In this document: piece by piece, positions 54,584-64,000 of the stretch
Position numbering within the stretch: position 1 is the stretch's first letter
Layout of the letters: each line of letters opens with the position of its first letter
Assembly: GCA_964016885.1 (NCBI GenBank)
Contig: OZ024743.1
Span: 222,084,001-222,148,000, forward strand
DNA: 64,000 nucleotides
Direction of reading: 5' to 3'
DNA from: Eledone cirrhosa
Lineage: Eukaryota
Program-made: the position numbers and the translations under genes
Notes under the pieces: model-generated
The model's database searches: none
Told to the model about the DNA's origin: nothing
The model's input: only the letters and a program-made list of their open reading frames with translations

Positions 54584-54853
54584 ATTGAGGAGTGGGAGAA
54601 CTGAGAGAGGGTGCTTGCCCTGGTGGTTAGGGTGGCTGTGGTCTTTTGTGTGGTTTTCGCCACGAGTGACCCTCCAGAAACTCACCTTATTGACTTCTGC
54701 AGAAATTGTAAAGTATGACAGTATGGTGACTAATGTCAGGATACGATCTGTAATTCCACCCTTACGGAAACTAAAGTATATGTTGACAATTTAAAAACTA
54801 TAATATCTTTTATCTCTATTTCATGCCGCAAAAACTGGCGATGGGCCGGCGAC

Positions 54854-54907
54854 CTGTCCATCAGTGTCAGAGCCATGAAGCTTCATGGCTCTGACACTGC
54901 TGGACAG
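54854..54907. repeat. 54-bp near-perfect palindrome
   Basis: ctgtccatcagtgtcagagccatgaag|cttcatggctctgacactgctggacag; one mismatch, no spacer. Confidence 0.9.
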
Positions 54908-55112
54908 ATTTTACAGGCGAAACCAACAGGTAGGAGACCCAGGGGTAGACCCCGAGCAAAATGGTTGGATAACATCCATGAGCTCGGCTGGTCACGCTTG
55001 GGAATCCAGCTGGATCAGTTAGAGACGGTTGCTTCTGACAGGACCCACTGGTAGGAGTGTTTGAGGACTCTGCCCCCACGACCCTTTCAGGAATAAATGG
55101 GCGAAGAAGATA
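54908..55112 (+). mobile_element. RTE-clade (Rex3/Expander-like) LINE 3' fragment
   Basis: Translates ILQAKPTGRRPRGRPRAKWLDNIHELGWSRLGIQLDQLETVASDRTHW*ECLRTLPPRP; short gaa-type tail. Confidence 0.8.
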
Positions 55113-55199
55113 ATAACCTTTTAGCTAAAATGCCGCTTTTTTGTGTTTTAACTCCAATCAAAATACAATTATAAAAATTAAAAATAATAAAATCACAGT

Positions 55200-55330
55200 A
55201 TGTTATGTGTGTGTGTATATGTATTGCGTGTATATACATATACACGCAATGCATATACACACACACATTGCGTATACACTGTATATACATTGCGTGTGTG
55301 TGAGTGTGTGTTACATATGCATATATGATT
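55200..55330. repeat. Compound TG/TA/CA microsatellite
   Basis: Alternating purine-pyrimidine dinucleotide runs. Confidence 0.7.
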
Positions 55331-55483
55331 ATAGATATACCGATAAAATTATCATACTCCCTCTCCACTCCCATACCAACAGCATACCTATATACTGGCC
55401 ACTTTATACACACATAAATTGCAACATACAAGATCAATTTTTTTTTATTGTGTGATATAAGAGAGCTGTGTATATTATATCAT

Positions 55484-55657
55484 ACAGTATCTGTAGAGCG
55501 TCGGACAACGTGCTTCGCAGCGTATTTACGATCCTTTACATACTGATTTCAAATCCCATTGAGGTTAGCTTTACCTTTCATCCTCACGGGGTTGATAAAA
55601 TAAAGTACCAGTAACGCAACAAATTGTTGGTCTTGTGCCTAAATCAGAAACCATTAT
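55484..55657 (+). mobile_element. tRNA-derived SINE (diverged)
   Basis: Degenerate B box (gatttcaaatcc), core ctttcatcc..ggggttgataaaataaagtaccag, tail cttgtgcctaaatcagaaaccattat; homologous to 61363-61551. Confidence 0.8.
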
Positions 55658-55924
55658 ACGAGATTTGCGAAGAAACATTACTCCGTTATAACAAGCATAG
55701 AGTGACCTCCCTTGGATCAACTGAAAAAAATAAATAAATCAGTATTTTCTCCCTCTGACTTGTGTTGTCTCTGTCAGCCCCTCATCTTTCCCTTTTTTTC
55801 GTTGCTTAACCATCCTTGCCCTTTCCCACCTTTTCCTCTCTTTGGTTTTTTTAATTCAATTTTATTAAATTAATTTGAAATGTAAGATATACCTTTCTTT
55901 TTAGAAACTGAAATCTGACAATAA

Positions 55925-56126
55925 TTACTTCTACTATAAGCACAAGGTCAGCAATTTGAAGGAAAGAGAAAAGTCGACTAAATCGACCTCAGTGCATTAC
56001 TGGTACTTTATTTTATTGACCCCATTAGGATGAAAGGCAAAGCTAACCTCGGCGAGATTTGAACTCAGAAAGTAAAAGGGACGTAACTAAATACTGCAAA
56101 GCATTTTTGTCTAATCCACCGCCCTT
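55925..56126 (-). mobile_element. tRNA-derived SINE flanked by a 14-bp TSD
   Basis: Reverse complement of the SINE family; aaatctgacaataa occurs at 55911-55924 and 56127-56140. Confidence 0.82.
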
Positions 56127-56135
56127 AAATCTGAC

Positions 56136-56297
56136 AATAACTGTTTCTACTTTTGGCACAAGGCCAGCAATTACCCCCAGTGCATTACTGGTGCTTTATT
56201 TTATCGACCCCGTAAGGATGAAAGGCAAAGTTAACCTAGGCGGGATTTGAACTCTATGCTGCAAAGTATGGCGTCCAACCCTCTACCGATACTGCCA
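56136..56297 (-). mobile_element. tRNA-derived SINE
   Basis: Minus strand has A box tggcagtatcgg, B box gagttcaaatcc, the core and the tail. Confidence 0.82.
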
Positions 56298-56836
56298 GAA
56301 GCCAGTTCTATTATGTTTAGTAACGTGTTGATATCAACAAACGCTCACAAGTCATGCTATGTCACATGCCTCGAATACATGTTTTTTCTTATCATTGGTG
56401 ACTTTGTCGTTGATTTGGCGTTTCTGTGACAAGTTCGTTTATTTAAAATGTATTAAAATCTAGGCAACGATTTTATAAAATCTTGTGAAACGGGCAAAAC
56501 ATTATTTATCCCATTAACAAGAGACTTTCTTTTAGGGTTTATTCCTTTTATTTGGGGTTTTTCGTCTTTATTTACGCAAGCATAAAAACAGTGTTGACAA
56601 ATTATTTCTTTGGAAATGTAACTTTTGAAGGAAAAAAGACAATCAAGTATTATTAAATTTTCGGTCAAATTCCTTTACTATGTATGTCATAAGGAGACAA
56701 AATATCGTGAAAATAGAATGTAGGGGTTTTATTTAATGAACGAATTAATCAATACAAAGTCTAATGAATCGCCGGAACAGCCAAGCCTAAAAGAAACTTG
56801 TACGGTAAGTTTTATTTTTCATATATATTTTCTTTT

Positions 56837-57013
56837 ATTCGCCCATTTGTTCCTAAGAAGGTCGTGGGAGCAGACTCCTCAAACACTCCCTCCAACGAGT
56901 CCTGTCAGAAGCAACCGTCTCCAACTGATTCGGCTAGATCCCCAAGCATGACCAGCTAAACTCATGGATGTTATCCAATCATCTTGCTTGAGGTCTACCC
57001 TTGAGTCTCCTAC
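56837..57013 (-). mobile_element. RTE-clade LINE 3' fragment
   Basis: Reverse complement homologous to 54930-55105. Confidence 0.75.
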
Positions 57014-57508
57014 AATGTATTTTTGCTGTATGAAATGGTATCATATAGGCCTTGTAAAACTTGGTGACAGTGTAAGCATAATACTTATTTTGTCTTTTAA
57101 CCTAAATAGCAGAAAAACCACTCTTCGGGTGGTTTTCTGCTAGCTTGTGTATATTGATATTATACACAAATATATATGCATGTAGATATGATACGTCAAA
57201 TATAATCGTAATTGACAATATGCACAGAAATTGAAGAGGGATTGTGTTACACTATCTTTTGTAATCAGTAAAGTAATCCATGATACATTTAAAAAAGACA
57301 ATATTATATATAAACTGCATTACGGTGATATGTAATGAAAACGAAAAAGGAAAAAATTAACGACGTTAATATAAACGTTATGATGTAAAGATGCAAATAT
57401 GAATGTTTATATAAGCGATATGCATTAGCGTCCGTTATATCATAACCGGAAGTATTGACATTTGAAAATTTTAAAAGAAGTGAATCTTAAAATAAGCAAT
57501 CATTATAT

Positions 57509-58465
57509 ACTAGACATGAAAAATGCGCAAGCTCAAAAGTGCCACAGAATGTTATAATAAACCTTCAAAAGTGTGGGACTAGAGTTGTTGCTAAAAAATA
57601 TTGTAATCATTATATATCGTACATTCTGTGGCATCCTTTATAAAAATAGCTTAAACCAACGAAGCCTTTATTTTTACGCTATTTCACTTAGTTAATTCTT
57701 AGAGTGTAACATATAAAAATATGATTTACAACTATAAAATAAATTAATTAATATAATAACAGAGCTGCGGAGCTGAAATTTAGGAAATAATGGAGTATCG
57801 GATCCTGAGTTGGAGCCAGTCAATTTTTAGCCGACTCCGCAGCCCTGTATAATACATTTCATATTAAAGTTATTAATAAACCTATTTTACACTGCATGCA
57901 AATTACCATGAGATATTGATATTAGATATAAGATACAGCGCAATATCTACAGCTGTAAAAGTACGAAAGCGAAGTAATAATAAGTGGCTTAAGGTAATTC
58001 CAATATGAAAGTTTGTAGTGATAAAAATTTGATAATGCAATACGATTGTTAATATTATAGTTCTATGAAAATGTAACAATAGATAACTAAATTATTTTAC
58101 TATTAGTATATTTAAGAAATTATCATTATAGATTTGATCGTTCATATAAGCATCATATTAATTTTCAACACAATTATTTTGTTACTATGAGTATATGATA
58201 ATAATATTACGTAATTATTTATAGCTGTTATTACATTAAACATAGATGTATTTATTTTTATATGTTACACTCTAAGAATTAACTAAGTGAAATAGCGTAA
58301 AAATAAAGGCTTCGTTGGTTTAAGCTATTTTTATAAAGGATGCCACAGAATGTACGATATATAATGATTACAATATTTTTTAGCAACAACTCTAGTCCCA
58401 CACTTTTGAAGGTTTATTATAACATTCTGTAGCACTTTTGAGCTTGCGCATTTTTCATGTCTAGT
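57509..58465. mobile_element. Long inverted-repeat (foldback/MITE-like) element
   Basis: Arms 57509-57721 and 58253-58465 (~213 bp) are reverse complements with one mismatch seen; AT-rich non-coding spacer; no clear TSD. Confidence 0.75.
57760..57847. mobile_element. Small TIR-bounded remnant (MITE-like) within the spacer
   Basis: Ends cagagctgcggag ... ctccgcagccctg (13-bp TIR, 1 mismatch); GC-richer than its surroundings. Confidence 0.5.
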
Positions 58466-59016
58466 TTAATATTTTTTTAAGGCAACGCTTGTAATAACTC
58501 TAGTTAAACAGGATATATATTAATAATAAATTATCGTTGTAATGTAATTAGATTATGTAATTGTTATTATAAATTATCTTATAAATATTAGTGTAAGATG
58601 TATAAAAATATTTTCAGACTTTTAATATAAACAACTACAAAAAACAATCAATATTAAATCAATATATTATACATAATAGAAGACATAAAATAAACAATAC
58701 AAATACAAAATATTTACATACAATTGCAATTATCAGTGTATATACATTTTCTTTATATTCCCTGAGCAAATTAATAAGATTTGTTTTTATTGTACATAAT
58801 TTGATGACTTGTTGGAGTGTATTAAAAGATAGCAACAATTTGTGATTAAATTGTTATCTTAAGCAACTCACTTTTTAATAGTTGTTGGCTGAGCGAAATT
58901 GTAAAAGCCTATGAGCAAATATAAAAAAAAATACACAAACAACATTTCCTTGTGTTATTACAACATTAGATAAAATAATTGAGCAATGTCGTTATATTTT
59001 GCTCTTATTGCACATT

Positions 59017-59189
59017 AATAGTGTTTCTATTTTTCGGCACAAATCCATTACGGCAGTCCATTACTGGTACTTTATTTTATCGAATTAGTAAGTATGAAAG
59101 TCGAAGTTAACCTCGGCAGGATTTGAACTTAGAATGCAAAGGACCATAACAATACTGCAAAGCATGGTGTCTGACGCTCTACCAATACT
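59017..59189 (-). mobile_element. tRNA-derived SINE (diverged)
   Basis: ctggtactttattttatcga...ttaacctcggcaggatttgaac matches the SINE family on the minus strand. Confidence 0.75.
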
Positions 59190-59529
59190 TGTGTTGAGCT
59201 GGTCATTAATTTATGGTGGTCGTGCGTGGAGTAGAGCAATCGCTAGTTGAAATATTATGAACAAAACATTTTTATTTGCCGAAGAACATATTTTCAATAC
59301 TGTTTGTGAATGTGACGAAGGAAATACATTCTGATATGGAACAGTGTACAAAGTGTGTCTGTGAATAACATAATGTTACCTCATGTTGTTGTCAAGACAT
59401 AATGGATTTCGTTTATCCAGTTAGAAGATGAAACCTAGCCATCTCGGATTAGTTATATTTCATGCCATATGTAAACGTGTTTGAGGATAGCAAAATATGC
59501 GTGTTTCTTGTCTGGAAACTTTCTGCTAA

Positions 59530-59641
59530 ACAAATTTGTTTCAGTATATATTTAATATAATATTAATATATTTTGTAATATTATTAACTAATTATTATAA
59601 TTAGCGCTTCAGGCTTTGTCTATATACTGAAACAAATTTGT
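59530..59641. repeat. 21-bp inverted repeat with AT-rich spacer
   Basis: acaaatttgtttcagtatata / tatatactgaaacaaatttgt. Confidence 0.75.
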
Positions 59642-59695
59642 AAGTCATTACCTAATTAAACTCTTTGCTTGAAATTTTATCATTCTTCGTTTATG

Positions 59696-59727
<32 letters not shown>

Positions 59728-60095
59728 TTTATCTAGTCCTTCGCTCAAGATTAATCTATAAGTTTAGATGTCTGCTTTCGTTTAAGTAAATATTACAGTA
59801 AGATTTTTAATATAAACAACTACAAAAAACAATTAATATTAAAACGAAAAAATTATCAATGATAAAAGAAGCGGATGCAACTTTTTTTTTTATAAAGTTA
59901 TATTCCTGTTTCTTTAAAGAACATTTCATTTTTGTTCTATTGTAGGCGAAATAATGCAATGGTTTAATAGGGAAGATATAACTTACCAATTATGTCTCTA
60001 ACCGTGTAACGCTTTTTAAGTAGATAACTACAATTGAAAATACTAAAGAAATGGAACCAACAATTCAATTTGAAAGTCGTCTACTTATAGTGACA

Positions 60096-60145
60096 GTGTA
60101 TTACTGGTACTTTATTTTATCGACCCCGTAACGATGAAAGGCAAA
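60096..60145 (-). mobile_element. SINE core fragment
   Basis: ttactggtactttattttatcgaccccgtaacgatgaaaggcaaa. Confidence 0.65.
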
Positions 60146-60759
60146 AATGCAAATGCTTAAAATTTAAATTGCCTTAATTCTATCGTCTGCTGTTTCATTA
60201 AAGAGAGATTCTCGTCTGTATTTAATTCTATCGTCTACTGTTCCACTAAACAGATATACCTCCACTATCGTCTCTATTTATACATTTTAACTTATAACTT
60301 ATACACATTTGATTTGAAATATTTTATCTAGTCCCCCCTCTCAATATTATGATGATTTCTTTCGAATGAAACAGTTCTAGTCCTGTAGAAGCCATTTATA
60401 TATATAATTGAACTGAGTTAAAAATTCACAATATTTATAATTAAATAAGCTCATATATATATGTGTGTATTTATCTGTTTATTGTATTATATATAATGTG
60501 TGTATATACAGGATGTCCCCCCAAAATATATACACACTTCAACAGCATTCTAATAACTATTGCCTGTACAGGTAATCAAAGTGTCAATCGAATGTTAGTT
60601 TCGTGTTTTAACAGTACAAATTTACAATACACACATAAAACCAGTGTATATACATACATGAGTGTGTATACACATACATGAATGTGTATATACAATATAT
60701 ATGTATATATATATATAGACACATATATTCACGGTGCAACGGAACATTAAAATATAGAT

Positions 60760-61085
60760 GCGGGAGGGGGGTGTATATATAGGGGCGCTGGGGATAAAGG
60801 AGTGTAAAGCGTGTGTAATTGATATATTGAAGGAGAGGAGCGTGCAGCGATAGAGTAACAAATATATAGAGAGGGGGAGAGATGGTATTGAAGGGGAGGA
60901 GTGCAAAGCGAAAGAGTAAGAGAGATATATATAGAGACGGAACAGATAGAGAGAAACAGGCGTAAGTAACAGTGGAAGAGATATAGAGAGAGGGGGAAAT
61001 GTGTTATTGAAGGGGAGGAGTGTAAAGCGAAAGCGTAAGATATATATAGAGAGAGGGGGAATAGTATATATATATATATATATAT
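60760..61085. repeat. Degenerate purine-rich minisatellite (~60 bp unit)
   Basis: tattgaagg(a/g)gaggag recurs at ~60825, ~60886 and ~61005. Confidence 0.6.
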
Positions 61086-61181
61086 CAACACTTACTCTGA
61101 TTGGTTGAAAATAAGCCAATGACATACGATCACCACCACCACGGCTATCCCCGAAAAACTTATGAAGAAGCTAGGCATATA

Positions 61182-61236
61182 TGTTAGAACACGAAAAGTG
61201 AACATTCTGTTGTTTCACACTTTTCGTGTTCTAACA
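61182..61236. repeat. 19-bp inverted repeat
   Basis: tgttagaacacgaaaagtg / cacttttcgtgttctaaca. Confidence 0.75.
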
Positions 61237-61240
61237 GATG

Positions 61241-61284
61241 TACTGGGTAATTGCTGGCCTTGTGCCTAAAGTAGAAACAATTAT
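61241..61284 (+). mobile_element. SINE 3' tail fragment
   Basis: ttgctggccttgtgcctaaagtagaaacaattat; from tggcc onward it matches the tail at ~61521-61550. Confidence 0.65.
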
Positions 61285-61362
61285 ATATAAGAATATTTAT
61301 GTTTAATCAACAGCTACGAAATTTAGTAGATAAATTACATAATATTCATTCTTTATTTAATC

Positions 61363-61551
61363 AGCGGTGAATTGGCAGTATCGGTAGAGGGTTGGACGCC
61401 ATGCTTTCTAGCATAGTTACGTCCCTTTACAGTCTGAGTTCAAATCCCGCCGAGGTTAACTTTGCCTTTCATCCTTACGGGGTCGATAAAATAAAGTACC
61501 AGTAATGTGCTGGTATTTGTTGGCCTTGTGCCTAAAGTAGAAACAATTATT
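61363..61551 (+). mobile_element. tRNA-derived SINE, best-preserved copy
   Basis: Pol III A box tggcagtatcgg, B box gagttcaaatcc, central gcctttcatccttacggggtcgataaaataaagtaccag, tail ending agaaacaattatt. Confidence 0.85.
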
Positions 61552-61799
61552 TATTCAAATTAATCCAACTTATTTTACTAACGGGATAACAAATATATAT
61601 TCAGGACACAATCCCGCACTTCTCCCTTTATTATATTATGATTAGAGATTATTCTCTACAAAATATTAGTTATGTCGTTTTCTATAATATTGGCAGTGTG
61701 CAAAGTTCTGAGGTTTGGGATTTGTAGCTCTAATTCTCTCATAGAGCCATCACAGAGCCACATGATTGTTATACATCATATATCGAACTCTTTTGATAT

Positions 61800-61818
61800 G
61801 TATATATATATTTATATT

Positions 61819-61864
<46 letters not shown>

Positions 61865-61866
61865 CT
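61800..61866. repeat. (TA)n(TG)n(CG)n microsatellite
   Basis: Read directly from the sequence. Confidence 0.85.
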
Positions 61867-61899
61867 CTTTTATCTGTTCCAACCGATTGGTCCAGCTCT

Positions 61900-63530
61900 T
61901 AATGCCGCAGTTTAGTACGTCCTGCCAGGATCTTCCATACGTATACTGCGTATCTCTCCCGTCTCCATTCCAGGGAGTAGAGCTTTAATCCTTTCAGCCT
62001 CTCCCAATATCTTATCTTCTTCATTAAGGGAATCATCTTGGTATAGCTTCGTTGGATTGTTTCAATTTTTGCGGGCGCTGTGGGGCAACCATAGCTGATA
62101 CCAATAGTGCAATCGGCTGAAGACAAAAATCCGCCAAAAGACCAACATGGTTTCCCGGTCTTTTGTCCTGAAAGTCCTTTCGACACGGGGATTTTGATTC
62201 CTCCTTGTTCGGTGTAGATTTGTTGTAGTGGCCCAGTGTTTGCAGTTTGATAACGGAGGACTTGACATTCTCCGGCATTAAATTACACATCGTTGTCCTC
62301 ACCCCATTTGTATATGGCATCTAAATCTTATTGCAAGAGGGTAGCATTAGTTGGTTTCTTAATTGCCTGTGCATCTTTTGTGTCATCAGTATAGTTAGTG
62401 AAGGATGTTGTCTGTACTACTGAGTGCATATCTGAGTGAGTCACCACAAACAGTAGTGGTCCAAAGACAATTCCCTGGGGCACACAACTTTTTATTGATG
62501 TTTCCTTTGAGAGGGCGTTGTTGGCTACAACAAGCTGGCTTCTGTCTTTTAAGAAGTCGTGAAGCCATTCTCCTAATTTTCCAAACATGCTGAATCTGTG
62601 TAGTTTGAGAGGTATCATTCCATGATCAACCATGTCAAAGGCATTCGCAAAATCGAGATATATCACATCCACGTTCCAACAGTCTAGCAGCTGTTTCAGT
62701 ACCCAGTCATAATGCTGTAAGAGCTGTGTAAGGCAGCTTCTTCCCGGACAAAAGCCATGCAGAGTGTCAGTTAGTAGGCCATTTTCTCTAGGAATGAGAA
62801 CAGTTTTCTTCTGACGATTCGTTCCATGCCTTTGTAAGGTCAAGGAGACCGGTCTGAATTTTTTAGCATCTACTCCGCTCTGCTTCTTCCTTTGTGGATA
62901 GAGTATATTGTGCCTTCTTTTAGCTTTCCGGGTAGTTTACTACTGCAAGGCACTTTTGAAAGAGGATCTGCAGTGGTTTTGCTAAAGTTCGTTTACATAT
63001 TTTTAGGAGGATTACTGGGAATTCGTCAGGACCAGCAACTGAATTTGGTCTCATTTCATTCATTTCACCTATGGCTATTACATCTTCCTCCTTTATACCT
63101 ATATAGTTGATGGTTGCCATTTCTCCGTGTCAAAGAACTTATTTATTTGCATGTACCACATTGGAGATGTGAAAATACTTTCATATTAAACGTTCAGTAC
63201 CCCTGTTATCCCTTGAGGGTCTGCAGTCAGTAAGCCATTTTTATGGAAATGTGGCTCTATCCTGTAGTGTGCTGAGGCGGTCTCTTTTCTTTTAATTTAA
63301 AAAATGATTTATTGTTTCTTTTTATATTTTCTATAGCATTGGCTTCTCTTTCTGTCCTCTCCTTTTCAGGGGAAAGTCTGATTTCAGTTTCAATTTCAAA
63401 CACAGCCTGCTTCAAATTAGATTCTTTCTTGTTCTTTAGTTGTATATTAAGCCGGTTTGAGATTTTCGTTCTTCATCTCATAGGATTTTTCTGTCTATGG
63501 GATAATATTTTGGGATCTGTTGGACCTTCT
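61900..63530 (-). mobile_element. Decayed CR1-clade LINE (RT fragments)
   Basis: Minus-strand peptides AGPDEFP..LLK, HGFCPGRSCLTQLL, VDVIYLDFANAFDMVDH, VPQGIVFGPLLF, YTDDTK and YWERLKGLKLYSLEWRRER; many disruptions. The 5' boundary is approximate. Confidence 0.82.
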
Positions 63531-63774
63531 TTCCGGGGCAAACTTAAATCATGTTACGAAAACAGTAAAATCATGCAGAATATTGGCGGTTGGATGGATT
63601 CTGAGAACATTCAGAATAAGAAAACATGGTGTCCCATCAGATTTACAGAGTTGGTGTTAGGAATGGCATCCATCCGTAGAAAGCTTGCCAAACAAGGAGT
63701 TGGGAGGATCCTTCAGTTTGTGTCAAAAGACAACTCCTCTGCACCAGATATGACCTACGTAAGCCGGATACAGA

Positions 63775-63888
63775 CCTCCTCGGTCTGACTGGATCTCCAA
63801 GCGTGAACAGCCAAGCACATGGATGTTATTCAACCAACTTGCTCGGAGTCTACCCCTGAGTCTTTTGCCGGTTGGTTTTGCCCGAATC
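63775..63888 (-). mobile_element. RTE-clade LINE fragment
   Basis: IRAKPTGKRLRGRLRASWLNNIHVLGCSRLEIQ, homologous to 54908-55020. Confidence 0.7.
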
Positions 63889-64000
63889 GCTGAATGTTTA
63901 GAAATACTATTTTTATAAAATTGGTGAAAACTCATAATTATTTTCATTTTATATTTACTTTCTACAGATAATTATTGAACCAGCAACCAGTTAAATGTTT

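Larger units (their letters stand above)
1..54692 (+). mobile_element. Head-to-tail tandem array of Tx1-clade non-LTR retrotransposons joined by (ATT)n
   Basis: The unit 5'UTR-ORF1-ORF2-3'UTR-AATAAA-(ATT)n recurs with a ~6.05 kb period, always on the + strand. The array continues past the left edge of the window. Confidence 0.95.
50401..54692 (+). mobile_element. Tx1-like copy I: third 5'UTR type, most diverged, 3'-truncated
   Basis: Begins CGGTCTGTTCGG after the ATT tract. 3'UTR similarity ends at ~54692, with no AATAAA or ATT tail. Confidence 0.88.

Noticed and set aside
58620-59843. ~38-bp direct repeat tttaatataaacaactacaaaaaacaat at ~58621 and ~59806
   Set aside because: AT-rich, 1.2 kb apart, and does not bound a recognisable element; probably fragments of a dispersed repeat.
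61363-61451. tRNA gene
   Set aside because: A and B boxes are present but there is no cloverleaf, and the sequence continues into the SINE core and tail found in multiple copies.
55087-61902. Short ORFs in the AT-rich flank as host exons
   Set aside because: They overlap microsatellites, SINEs or the minisatellite and show no recognisable domains. Small exons cannot be excluded without RNA data.

Overview
Eukaryotic, repeat-derived window with no recognisable host gene. A cephalopod/mollusc origin is inferred from the SINE type and is not proven. Bases 1-54.7 kb are a head-to-tail array of ten copies (one cut by the window edge, one 3'-truncated) of a ~6.05 kb two-ORF non-LTR retrotransposon of the L1 superfamily, Tx1 clade, plus one 3'UTR-only copy. 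ORF1 has a CCHC knuckle; ORF2 has APE endonuclease, reverse transcriptase and a C-terminal zinc finger. Copies are joined by pure (ATT)n tracts of variable length. Copies 0 and A-F are near-identical and mostly intact, while G, H and I are progressively more decayed, and H and I carry different 5'UTR/ORF1 modules on a homologous ORF2. One junction holds the inverted 3' end of an R4/Dong-like element. Bases 54.7-64 kb are AT-rich flank with tRNA-derived SINEs, RTE and CR1 fragments, a long inverted-repeat element and microsatellites. The main leads are: a self-renewing (ATT)n-targeted array with an age gradient; ORF1 module swapping; a possible conserved mini-intron that would fuse ORF1 to ORF2 in frame; and a possible SINE-LINE partnership through a shared 3' end.
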